From NCBI GenBank assembly GCA_963422735.1, contig OY730476.1:3552001-3616000 (forward strand): a stretch of DNA of 64,000 bases, written 5' to 3'. The position numbers were made by a program, and so were the translations under genes. The DNA is from Candidatus Latescibacterota bacterium (GTDB lineage Bacteria; Latescibacterota; UBA2968; UBA8231). Below are positions 41,676 through 51,000 of the stretch, one piece after another. Below the pieces are notes generated by a model, which was not told the origin of the DNA, searched no databases, and worked only from the letters and a program-made list of their open reading frames with translations. Numbering within the stretch: the first letter of the stretch is position 1; each line of letters starts with the position of its first letter.

Positions 41676-42979
41676 TGGTGCCCATTGCGTCCTATCCCTC
41701 CGAGCCGCTCGCCGCTCCGCTCGCCGCTCTGTTGGCTCGCTGCCCCGAGTCCGACCGCGAGGTCGAGGACGCGGTGCGGGGCATTCTGCAGCAGGTGCGG
41801 GAAGAAGGCGATGCCGCGTTGTGTGCGCTGACGCGGTGCTTGGATGGCGTGGAGGTGTGCCCTCGGCAGTTGCGGGTACCAGCGTCCGTGCTCGCCGAGG
41901 CCGAGGCCGCGCTCGACCCGAGTCTGCGCGCTTCCATGGAGGCGGCTGTAGCCAATATCCGCGCCTTTCACGAGCGGCAAAAATACAACTCTTGGTTTGT
42001 CGAAGATGGCGACGGAGTGATGCTGGGCAAGAAAATCACGCCCATCGAGCGGGTGGGGCTATGCGTACCAGCCGGCGAGGTGCCGCTGTTCTCGAGCCTA
42101 CTAATGACAGCCGTGCCCGCGCAGGTGGCTGGCGTGGACCAACTCTGCGTGGTCACGCCGCCGGTAGCAGCCGGTCGGCCGGCCCCAGTGATTGCGGCTG
42201 CCGCACGCCTGCTGGGCATTGACGAAGTGTACGCCGTGGGCGGAGCACAGGCCGTGGCTGCCCTCGCCTATGGCACGGAGAGCATCCCGCCGGTCCACAA
42301 GATCGTCGGCCCGGGTTCTCCCTATACGGTGGCTGCACAGCGACAGGTCTTCGGCGCGGTGGGCATCGCGCTGTTGCCCGGCCCGTCGGAAATTGTGGTG
42401 CTCGCCGACGCCGGGGCCGATCCGCGCTTGGTAGCCGCGGATTTGCTCTCTCAAGCCGAGCACGGCTGGGGTGTGGCGTCCGTGTGTATCACGGATTGCG
42501 CGGCCCTAGCGCGCCGTGTACAGGAGGAACTCAAAGCGCAACGAGCGGTGCTCCCGCGCTATTCAATTATAGATAGTGCCTTAGAAGAATATGGCGCGAT
42601 TGTCGTGGTGCCTAGCCTAGAAGTGGGGATTGAGCTGCTCAACCGCCTAGCGCCGGAGCACGCTGAATTGCAGGTAGCTGACCCATGGCGCTGGGTGGAT
42701 TCAATTCGCCACTGCGGTGCGCTCTTCCTCGGCGCAGCTTCCAGTGAACCGGTCGGCGATTACTTCGCCGGAACCAACCACGTGCTGCCGACCCAAGGCG
42801 CGGCTCGCTACGCCTCGTCGCTGGGGTGGGCCGATTTTGTCAAAACGACGAGCATCATCGCCTACACCCCCGAGCGCTTGGCCCACACGGCCGAGCACAT
42901 CGTCCGCCTAGCGCAAGCCGAGGGTCTTGATGCCCACGCGCAAGCCGTCCGCATCCGCCAACAGAAGGCCGCACCATGA
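41675..42979 (+). CDS. hisD: Histidinol dehydrogenase
   Basis: GGAQAVAALAYGTE, PGPSE, DLLSQAEH, APEH, GDYFAGTNHVLPT; ATG overlaps the hisG stop. Confidence 0.96.
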   Translation: MVPIASYPSEPLAAPLAALLARCPESDREVEDAVRGILQQVREEGDAALCALTRCLDGVEVCPRQLRVPASVLAEAEAALDPSLRASMEAAVANIRAFHERQKYNSWFVEDGDGVMLGKKITPIERVGLCVPAGEVPLFSSLLMTAVPAQVAGVDQLCVVTPPVAAGRPAPVIAAAARLLGIDEVYAVGGAQAVAALAYGTESIPPVHKIVGPGSPYTVAAQRQVFGAVGIALLPGPSEIVVLADAGADPRLVAADLLSQAEHGWGVASVCITDCAALARRVQEELKAQRAVLPRYSIIDSALEEYGAIVVVPSLEVGIELLNRLAPEHAELQVADPWRWVDSIRHCGALFLGAASSEPVGDYFAGTNHVLPTQGAARYASSLGWADFVKTTSIIAYTPERLAHTAEHIVRLAQAEGLDAHAQAVRIRQQKAAP

Positions 42980-43572
42980 GCGCAGATCGCCGCACGGCGC
43001 AGATCGTGCGCCAGACGACCGAGACCGAGATCGAGTTGCAGCTATGCCTCGACGGCAGCGGTCGATGCCGCGCCGACACCGGCCTCGGATTCTTTGACCA
43101 CCTGCTCCACGCCTTGGCTCGGCATGGCCTGTGCGACCTAGAAGTCCAATGCCGCGGCGACCTGCACGTGGATGCCCACCACACTGTGGAAGACGTGGGC
43201 ATCTGCCTCGGCCAAGCCATCGTCCAAGCCTTGGGCGACAAGGCCGGCATCCAGCGCTACGGCCACAGCTACGTGCCCATGGACGAGGCACTCGCGCGGG
43301 CGGTGGTGGATTTGTCGGGCCGGGCCTATTTGGTCTTTGCCGCCGCTTTCAGCGAGGAGCGGGTCGGTGCGCTGCCTGTGTCCTTAGTGCGCGAGTTTTT
43401 CTACGCAGTGGCCGACCAAGGCCGGATGAATCTTCACCTCGACCTCGTGCGCGGCCACAACGCCCACCACGGCATTGAAGCCCTGTTCAAGGCGTTTTCC
43501 CGCGCCCTGCTCATGGCCGCGCAGCGGAGCGAGCGGATCCAGGGCATTCCTTCCACCAAGGGCGTACTCTGA
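42976..43572 (+). CDS. hisB: Imidazoleglycerol-phosphate dehydratase
   Basis: DAHHTVED, PMDEAL, NAHHGIEALFK, PSTKGVL. Confidence 0.97.
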   Translation: MSADRRTAQIVRQTTETEIELQLCLDGSGRCRADTGLGFFDHLLHALARHGLCDLEVQCRGDLHVDAHHTVEDVGICLGQAIVQALGDKAGIQRYGHSYVPMDEALARAVVDLSGRAYLVFAAAFSEERVGALPVSLVREFFYAVADQGRMNLHLDLVRGHNAHHGIEALFKAFSRALLMAAQRSERIQGIPSTKGVL

Positions 43573-43589
43573 GTCGTGGGCACTCGCCC

Positions 43590-44711
43590 ATGAAGATCTG
43601 CCACTTGATGTACGACGATATTGCCAACCCGTGGTTAGGCGGCGGCGGCGCGGTGCGGGCGATGGAACTCTACCGCCGCTTGTCCAGCCGCCACGAGATC
43701 ACCGTCGTCAGTGGCCTGTTCCCCGGGGCCGAGCCGGAGACCGAACGGCATGGCCTGCGCGTGCTACGCGTTGGCTCGGCCCGCAGCTATGCCCTGAGCC
43801 GCTTGGGCTATTGCCGAGAGGCTGTAGCCCAATTGCAGCGGCTAGAATGGGACCTGTGGATCAACGAGTTTTCGGCCTTCGCACCTTTGCGCGTCCCGGC
43901 CGCGCTGCGGCGGCAGGGTTTGCTCCTGTTTTATCACTTCACGGGGCCGCACGCCCTCGCCAAACATCCGCTTGTGGGCGGCGTAGCGTGGCTGTGTGAG
44001 CAGCGCGTCCTTCGCGCCTATGGCCGGATCTTGACGATTGCCCCCAGTGTGCAAGCGCATATCAAGCGGCGCGCTCCCCGCGCGGCTGTCGATATAGTGT
44101 ACAGCGGTGTCGATCGCCGCTTTTTCGCGCTCGAACCCAAGGAAGCTCCTTACGTGCTCTACTTTGGTCGCATGGATATATACACCAAGGGGATTGACCT
44201 ATTAATCGCCGCGTTTGCCGAGATGGCCCCCGAGCACCCAGATATCCGCCTCACGTTGGCCGGGCGCGGCACCCCTAAACAACTGGCTAACGTGTGCAGC
44301 TTGGCACGGCAGGCAGGATTGGAGGACCGCGTGGAGATCATAGGGCGCGTGGAAGAGGACCAACAAGGCGAACTCTTGCGCCGCGCCCTTATGGTCTGCA
44401 TTCCGTCGCGCTACGAAGGTTGGTGCATGGTGGCCGTAGAAGCCGCCGCTGCTGGCAAAGCCGTGTTGGGTACCAACATTGACGGCCTGCGCGATGCCGT
44501 GCGCCACGATGAGACCGGGGTGTTGGTGCCCCCCGGTGATGTGGGTGCCTTGGCGGCCGGGATGCGCGCCCTGATCACCGACGACCCAAGGCGGCGGGCC
44601 TTGGCGGCAGCGGGCCGGGCGTGGGCCGGGCGATTTGGGTGGGATCGATTGGCCGAGGATTTGGAACAAGTGTATTTGCGTACTATTGAAAAAACGAAAC
44701 GGGGACAGTAA
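43590..44711 (+). CDS. Glycosyltransferase family 4
   Basis: GGGA, FGR....KG, PSRYEGW...VEA. Confidence 0.9.
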   Translation: MKICHLMYDDIANPWLGGGGAVRAMELYRRLSSRHEITVVSGLFPGAEPETERHGLRVLRVGSARSYALSRLGYCREAVAQLQRLEWDLWINEFSAFAPLRVPAALRRQGLLLFYHFTGPHALAKHPLVGGVAWLCEQRVLRAYGRILTIAPSVQAHIKRRAPRAAVDIVYSGVDRRFFALEPKEAPYVLYFGRMDIYTKGIDLLIAAFAEMAPEHPDIRLTLAGRGTPKQLANVCSLARQAGLEDRVEIIGRVEEDQQGELLRRALMVCIPSRYEGWCMVAVEAAAAGKAVLGTNIDGLRDAVRHDETGVLVPPGDVGALAAGMRALITDDPRRRALAAAGRAWAGRFGWDRLAEDLEQVYLRTIEKTKRGQ

Positions 44712-44747
44712 TAGGCCGCCGCTGCAGTGGCTCTACGGAAGGATTTC

Positions 44748-47177
44748 ATGGTCAAAAAAAATAAACGCGCCAAAACCCAAGCTCCGGCAAGGGCCGCCGG
44801 CTCCCCCCTGTGGAATCACCGCCTGTTCCCAGTGGTCTTCTTCCTCGCCCTGAGCCTGCTGTACTTCTACGAGTTCCCCCTCTCCGACAAGATCGTCTAT
44901 GGCTTGGACGTGGGCACAGACTACCACAAGGGCGCGGCCTTGAGCTTCTGGGACAAGGTGCAGACCGTGGCGCAGCCCCTGTGGGATCCCAAGATGGGCG
45001 GCTTTCCCCAGTCCGAGGGCATTCGCCCCCAGTACTTCCCGGCATACGTCCTGTATTTTTTCACGACCTTTCAGCGCTATATCGGGTGGCGCTATATCCT
45101 GACGATGTTCGTCGCTGGCTTGGGCATGTACGCGTACTTACGCCAAATCCATGTGGGCGGTCGCGCCGCGCTGTGGGGCGGGGTGGCCTTCATGTCCGCG
45201 CCGACCTTTTTGGCGTTCCCCTTGGCCGGTCACTACGCCAAGATGGGCGTAATCGCCCTCTTTCCGTGGATCATCTGGGCGTTGGAACGGGCCTTGGCGC
45301 ATGGACGGCTGATCTATTGGGCGGTGCTGGGTGCGCTGATTGGCGCGTGTATCTACTCGCACCCGCCGATGACGTACTTCGCGCTGCTGGGCCTCGGCGT
45401 CTATTTCCTATTTAAGCTGTACCAGACGCGCCGCGAGCGGGCCTTGGTCCGGCGCTTGGTACATTTTATCGGCGCGGTAGTGCTGGGCTTGGCCTTAGGG
45501 GCCGAGGGGGCTTTCCCAGTGATGCTCTACACTCGCTCCGAGTCCAAGCGGGCCACGGGCGACGAGGTGGGGGGTAAGACCGCGGAGGAACAGCTCGCCT
45601 ATGCGCAGAGCTGGTCGCTGCACCCGGAGGAAGTGGCTTCGCTGGTGGTGCCGGAGTTCGGCGGGTACGACAACGTGCTGGTAGAGGGTGGCTCGCACTA
45701 TTGGGGCCGCAACGCGTTTAAGATCAACTCCGAGTACTTTGGCGCACTGGCCGTGCTCTTGGCCTTGTTGATCGTGCCGGATTGTCGGCGGCGTTCGCAA
45801 GTGGCCCTGCTGGTCGGCGTGTTTGTGCTGGCGTTGGCCTACGTCTTGGGCGAGCACACGCCCGTCCACTCGCTGGCGTTTCACTTGCTGCCTGGGGCGG
45901 ATGTGCAGCGTGCCATTGGCATGGGTTCGTTTGTGTTTGCCTTTGCCGGGTGTGCGCTGGCGGGGTTGGGCTTGCAGCGAGTATTGGCCGCCGACGCGGA
46001 CGAGCGCGCCTTGCTGCGGGGCCGCTTGGTCTATGTCGGCGGCGTCCTCGCCGCGCTCGCCCTGTTGATCGCTCTCTTTCCCAAAGGGGCGACCGATGCA
46101 TGGGTAAATGTGTTTTACGAAGACATTGCGCCGCAAAAGCGGGCCGTGTTGGCCGCGAGTTACGATTGGATCGCACGCGGCGGCTGGTGCGTGGTGCTGG
46201 CCATAGGCGCGGGCGTGGCCTTGCTCTATCTGCGGCTGTGGGGTCAGCTTTCGGCGACGGTGTTGGTGGGAGGCTTGTGCGCGGTGACGCTGTTCGACAC
46301 GTGGCGCGTCGATCGGGTCTATTTGCACTATCGGGATCCGGGCCACTATACCGATATTCGCCGCGAGAATCTGCGCGTGGTACAGTTTTTGCAACGCGAT
46401 GAATCGCTCTTTCGCGTCTTGCCCTTGCCCAGCTTCCGGGTGTTAGAGGAACCGGGCTATCACGTACATGGCGTTTGGTCCATCACGGGCTTTCACGATT
46501 TGACGGTAGGCCGGTACGACCGGATGCTAAAGGAGTTTGAGCCGCTGGTGCAGCAGTCTCTGTACGCGGGCGCACCGTCTGCTGGGTTCCAATCTTTGTT
46601 GAATTTGCTCAACGGCAAGTACTTGGCTGTGCCCAAGCCCATAGAGCTAAATTGGGAGGCCTATCCGCTGCGCTTGGAGGCGGCACGCTTTCGCCTGTAC
46701 GAAAATCCGCAGGCATGGCCGTGGTTTTACTTGGTGCCGGAAGCGGAGGTTTTGGACAGCGGCGAGGCGGTTTTGGCACGGTTGCTGAGCGGACGGACGG
46801 ATCCGCAGCGCGTGGCGTTGCTGGAAAGTGCATCAGCAGTGCGGCTCGATGGCGCAGGCGACCGGACGGGCGACCGGGTTGAGCGGCTGGCGTACGATCC
46901 GGCCGGTGGGCTGATCCGCTTGCGGACGCACAGTGCCGGGCCGCGCTTGTTGGTGGTGTCGGAAAATTACCAATCGAATTGGTCGGTGTGGGTGGATGGG
47001 CAGGAGGCTGAGATGCTGCGGGTGAATTATATATGGAAGGGGGTTGCTTTGCCGGCGGGGGAACACGAGGTGGAGTTTCGCTATTTTTCGCGGGTGTTGG
47101 CTTGGTCTCGGGGGGCGGTTTTGGTGGGGTTGGTGGTGGTGGGCGTGGTTGTGGCGGCGTGGCGGCGGGATGTTTGA
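44748..47177 (+). CDS. YfhO-like (GT-C-like) polytopic membrane protein
   Basis: PLWDP..GGFP, many TM helices, LVVSENY..NW.VWVDG, GVALPAGEHEVEFRY. Confidence 0.85.
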   Translation: MVKKNKRAKTQAPARAAGSPLWNHRLFPVVFFLALSLLYFYEFPLSDKIVYGLDVGTDYHKGAALSFWDKVQTVAQPLWDPKMGGFPQSEGIRPQYFPAYVLYFFTTFQRYIGWRYILTMFVAGLGMYAYLRQIHVGGRAALWGGVAFMSAPTFLAFPLAGHYAKMGVIALFPWIIWALERALAHGRLIYWAVLGALIGACIYSHPPMTYFALLGLGVYFLFKLYQTRRERALVRRLVHFIGAVVLGLALGAEGAFPVMLYTRSESKRATGDEVGGKTAEEQLAYAQSWSLHPEEVASLVVPEFGGYDNVLVEGGSHYWGRNAFKINSEYFGALAVLLALLIVPDCRRRSQVALLVGVFVLALAYVLGEHTPVHSLAFHLLPGADVQRAIGMGSFVFAFAGCALAGLGLQRVLAADADERALLRGRLVYVGGVLAALALLIALFPKGATDAWVNVFYEDIAPQKRAVLAASYDWIARGGWCVVLAIGAGVALLYLRLWGQLSATVLVGGLCAVTLFDTWRVDRVYLHYRDPGHYTDIRRENLRVVQFLQRDESLFRVLPLPSFRVLEEPGYHVHGVWSITGFHDLTVGRYDRMLKEFEPLVQQSLYAGAPSAGFQSLLNLLNGKYLAVPKPIELNWEAYPLRLEAARFRLYENPQAWPWFYLVPEAEVLDSGEAVLARLLSGRTDPQRVALLESASAVRLDGAGDRTGDRVERLAYDPAGGLIRLRTHSAGPRLLVVSENYQSNWSVWVDGQEAEMLRVNYIWKGVALPAGEHEVEFRYFSRVLAWSRGAVLVGLVVVGVVVAAWRRDV

Positions 47178-47233
47178 CAAATGGATGGGAACGGGTGATA
47201 TTTGTCCAAAGAAATCTTGGAGGAGGCGTTTTC

Positions 47234-47758
47234 GTGGAGAGTGGCACGATAGCTTGGACTGTAGTAGGCGTCGGCATCGCGTTGGCGGGGTTAATACTGG
47301 CTACGACGCGGGGCATCCGCGTCGAAATACGGGATATCCGCGCCGAGATGCAGGTACTTGAAAATCGGCTGAATAAGAGGATAGATGAGCTTTCGGTGCG
47401 TCAGGACGAGAAGATAGATGAGCTTTCGGTGCGTCAGGACGAGAAGATAGATGGGCTTTCGGTGCGTCAGGACGAGAAGATAGATGGGCTTTCGGCGCGT
47501 CAGGACGAGAAGATGGATGAGCTTTCGGGTCGGATGAGTCGTTTGGAGCAGTCTCAGGCACATACGGCGGGGCTGATAGAAGGTATCCACACCGAGATGC
47601 GGGAGCTTTCGGCGCGGATGAGTCGTTTGGAGCAGTCTCAGGCGCATACGGCGGGGCTGATAGAGGGGATTCGGGAGTCGCTTTTTGAGCGGGCGCGTCG
47701 CGTCGGCGCTGGCGAGCGGGTGGCCGAGTCTGCCGAATCGTACGATCCGCAGAGCTGA
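47234..47758 (+). CDS. Small protein with N-terminal TM helix and repeat-expanded coiled coil
   Basis: GGAGGAGG RBS plus GTG 47234; hydrophobic IAWTVVGVGIALAGLILA; putative promoter TTGACA(47174)-N17-GATATT(47197). Confidence 0.8.
   Translation: MESGTIAWTVVGVGIALAGLILATTRGIRVEIRDIRAEMQVLENRLNKRIDELSVRQDEKIDELSVRQDEKIDGLSVRQDEKIDGLSARQDEKMDELSGRMSRLEQSQAHTAGLIEGIHTEMRELSARMSRLEQSQAHTAGLIEGIRESLFERARRVGAGERVAESAESYDPQS
47381..47670 (+). repeat. Coding tandem repeats: 33 bp x about 4.5, then an 84-bp-period repeat x2
   Basis: ATAGATG(A/G)GCTTTCGG(T/C)GCGTCAGGACGAGAAG at 47381, 47414, 47447, 47480, partial at 47513; second unit starts at 47519 and 47603. Confidence 0.95.
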
Positions 47759-47863
47759 GCGGCGCGGCGATGTTGGCCCTCTCACCGAACCGAGGTGAAT
47801 TGGTTTTGGGCGTAGGGTAGGAAGTAGGTTCAGAAGATAGGTTCCCAATAGGGTAATTTGTGC

Positions 47864-47892
47864 TTGACACTTCTATTTTTTGTCGGTATAAT
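47864..47892 (+). promoter_or_regulatory. Perfect-consensus sigma70 promoter for the large surface-protein locus
   Basis: TTGACA(47864-47869)-17 bp-TATAAT(47887-47892) in an AT-rich intergenic region. Confidence 0.85.
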
Positions 47893-48056
47893 TAACTCTA
47901 TTGTATAGGATAATTTTTTATGCGTTATCGACAAAAAAGCTGCGAAAGGGGGCGTATGAAAAACGCAAAAACGCAAAGTCTGAGTGGGTTTAAGGCAAAT
48001 CCATCCTTTTATATCACTTTCTTAATCAGGGACGCTTTCCCTGGGGAGGCTGAGTA

Positions 48057-51000
48057 ATGATACACACGAAGTTGTTAATCCGGCGCTTGGCTTACGTGCC
48101 TTGGTTGCTGGCTTTTGGTTTGATGCTGAGTTGGGCTGGGGAGGCGCAGGCGGACGAGGTTAGACTAACGGTTGACAAGAAGTCAGTGCGCGAAGACGCC
48201 GGTGCAACTGAGATCACGGTGACCGCAACCAATTATGGGGCCGATGATGCGAAGAAGAAGGTGGGTGCGGATAGGTATGTGATCTTGGATCTCGACCCGG
48301 ATCAAAAAGGGCTCAATGAGCGCTTTCGCCTATCGCTGTCCACTATCATTATTCCGAAAGACAAGGATGCGGGGACAGCGACGATCACTCTCACCCCCAT
48401 TGATCTTAAGGAAGATCATGATGGGGATGCCAAGACGGATATGGTGAGTGCAGTCGGGAATGCTGGAACAGACGATGATGCTTACTGGAGCGATGCCCCC
48501 AATCTTCTCATCGAGATCTTCGGCGAGGCTGGTGCTGTCGATGTCAAGAAAGCGACTGTTGTGCTGATCGACAAAGATCAGATCACTGATCGGATTTACC
48601 TTTCGGTTTCCCCGGGCGAGATAAGCCAAGAGAGTGGCCCGACCGAGATTACGGTGACAGCAACCGTGGATGGTAAGACGGTAAACAGCAAGAGCCTGTC
48701 TTTTCCTTTGCTTGTTGTATCGGGGGATAAATTTACTGCTACTAGCTCTACTCTTGATGTTCCTAAGCCTAAAGATGATGCGATTGAGGCGACTCGCGAT
48801 ACGGATTACACTATAACGAGCTTGGGCAGTATAACAATCCCAAGGAAGAAGGTGAAGGGGACGGCGACGTTTACCATTGATCCCAAAACGGGTCCCCGTT
48901 GGGTCGGAATAGGTACTAGGTATACTGGTACAACGACGGCCACAGATCTTAAGTACAATGCCGATGGTGGTTCGGCTAAGGATGCCAGGAAGGGTGCCAA
49001 GGGTCTGAGTAAAGAGGTAGCGGCAACGGATTCGACCGAGGAACAGGGGATATCAGTCATCCCCGCTCTTCTCTCGATATCGGAGAAGAAAATTGCTGCG
49101 CTTAAAGGCGACAACAAGGGCTTCGTAGCAACTCCTAACTCAATACGCGAGGACGCTGGGACGACGGAAATCTCGCTGAAAATTACATTGGAGAATGCGC
49201 TCACAAAGGACGAGGCCGTTAAGTTCTCTGTTAAGGAAGAAACAGGAGGCGCACTGCGAGATGTGAATTACACCGCGGTATTCACTGATCTCACAATTCT
49301 AGCCGGCTCGACCGAGGGGACTGCGATGCTTACTCTCACTCCCTTCAACAACGGTGGTACGAATGATCCAAAGGTCATCACAGTGAGAGCCGAAGTCGGA
49401 AAACAATCGACGCAAGATGTCAAGGTCACGATCACCGACGATGATACGCAGTCCTTGAATATAAAGCTGTCGGCGAGTCCTGCTGATATAAAAGAGGACG
49501 CGGGTGAGACGGATGTTACGATCACCGCGACCTTAGACGGCAAGGTCTTCGATGAGGACAAGAAACTGACCTTGGTCTTGGATTCTGCTGATGCTAAGGC
49601 GACGCGCGATGTGGACTTCACCGCAATTATTCGTTCTTTGACGATTAAGGCTGGCGAGGTAAGTGGCTCGACGACGATTTCCATCACACCAGTGGACGAT
49701 GGGTTGGATGAGGACGACGATGAGCCCTTCTATGTGAAGTCTGTGACCGAGATCAAAAACGATGATGATGATAAGCTCAACGTCGGTAGTAAGATGGGAG
49801 AAGATGATGATCTGGTGGATAATCGCGCCAAGATAACGCTGAAAGATACTGGCGCGAAGGCGGCTCCGGGCGATCCGGAGGACTCCACGCCTAAGTTTAC
49901 CGGAGGTGATATCGCCGCGTCCGACACGGCTATTGAGGGCACGGCTGGCAAGGCGTTGGAGGATGTGGTACTGCCGGCGGCTACGGGCGATGGTAAGTTG
50001 ACCTACAGTGTCTCCGCCAACCTGCCCGCTGGCTTGTCGTTTGACGTGGCCACGCGGACGATTTCGGGCACACCCTTGGTCGCTGGCACGAGTTCGATCA
50101 TCTATACGGTCATTGACGGGGACACGGGCGATCAGTTGCCTGCAGAAAGCGCGGCACTGACCTACACCGTCGAAATCGCGGCCATGCCGGCCCCGACGGT
50201 TGCGGTGGCCAGTGTGGCCTCGACGCGTTCGTCGGTGCGTGAAAACGGGGAGACGGTCTCGATCACTCTCACGGCGACGTTGAGGTCGCCGGCTCCAAAA
50301 GCCGAGGAGATCCTCTTCACGGTGGTCGCTGGCACCGAAGGCGCGATGGCCGTGCGCGATGTGGATTACACCGCGTCGTTGGTCGGTGGCGTCGCCATCG
50401 CGGAGGGAGCGACCGAGGCTTCAACGACGCTGGTGTTGATGCCGCTTGACAACGGGGTAGCCGATGGCCACAAGTACCTGACCGTGCAGGCGTCAGGCTC
50501 GGGCGGCTCAGCTTCGACGATGATCAAGATCGCCGATGACGAGACGGCCAGCACGTCGATTTCGCTTTCTGCGAGTCCGCACTCGGTCAGCGAGGATGCG
50601 GGTGTGACCGAGGTGACCATCACGGCGACGTTAGACGGCAAGGTGTTGGATGCCAACGCGATTGTCACGGTGTCGGTGGATCCTGCATCGGCAGCCACGC
50701 GGGATGAGGACTACTCGGCGTTGTTCAATCCGCGCTTGGAGATTCCGGCGGGTTCGGTGTCCGGTTCGATTACCTTTCTGATTGATCCGATAGTAGACGA
50801 TCTGGACGAGGACAACGAGGCGATCAAGCTTCGGGGGGCCATTGCAGGCTTAGTGGACGGCGTGGGCGTGGTCCTGATCGACGATGTAGCCGTGGCTCCG
50901 GCGGGGCCGAGCTTGGCTTTCGCCGAGGGGACGATGGTGGACGATATTAGCATCACGGCGAGTTGGACGATGAAGTCGTTGGTGCTGCCGGAGGCGTCGG

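Noticed and set aside
47381-47528. 33-bp direct repeats as a CRISPR array
   Set aside because: Units are contiguous with no spacers, in frame within a CDS, and no cas genes are present
47930-48010. c-di-GMP-I riboswitch-like words (GCGAAAG, ACGCAAAG, GGCAAA) in the leader of the giant gene
   Set aside because: Elements are out of order and no convincing P1/P2 stems form by eye; an Rfam RF01051 scan would settle it
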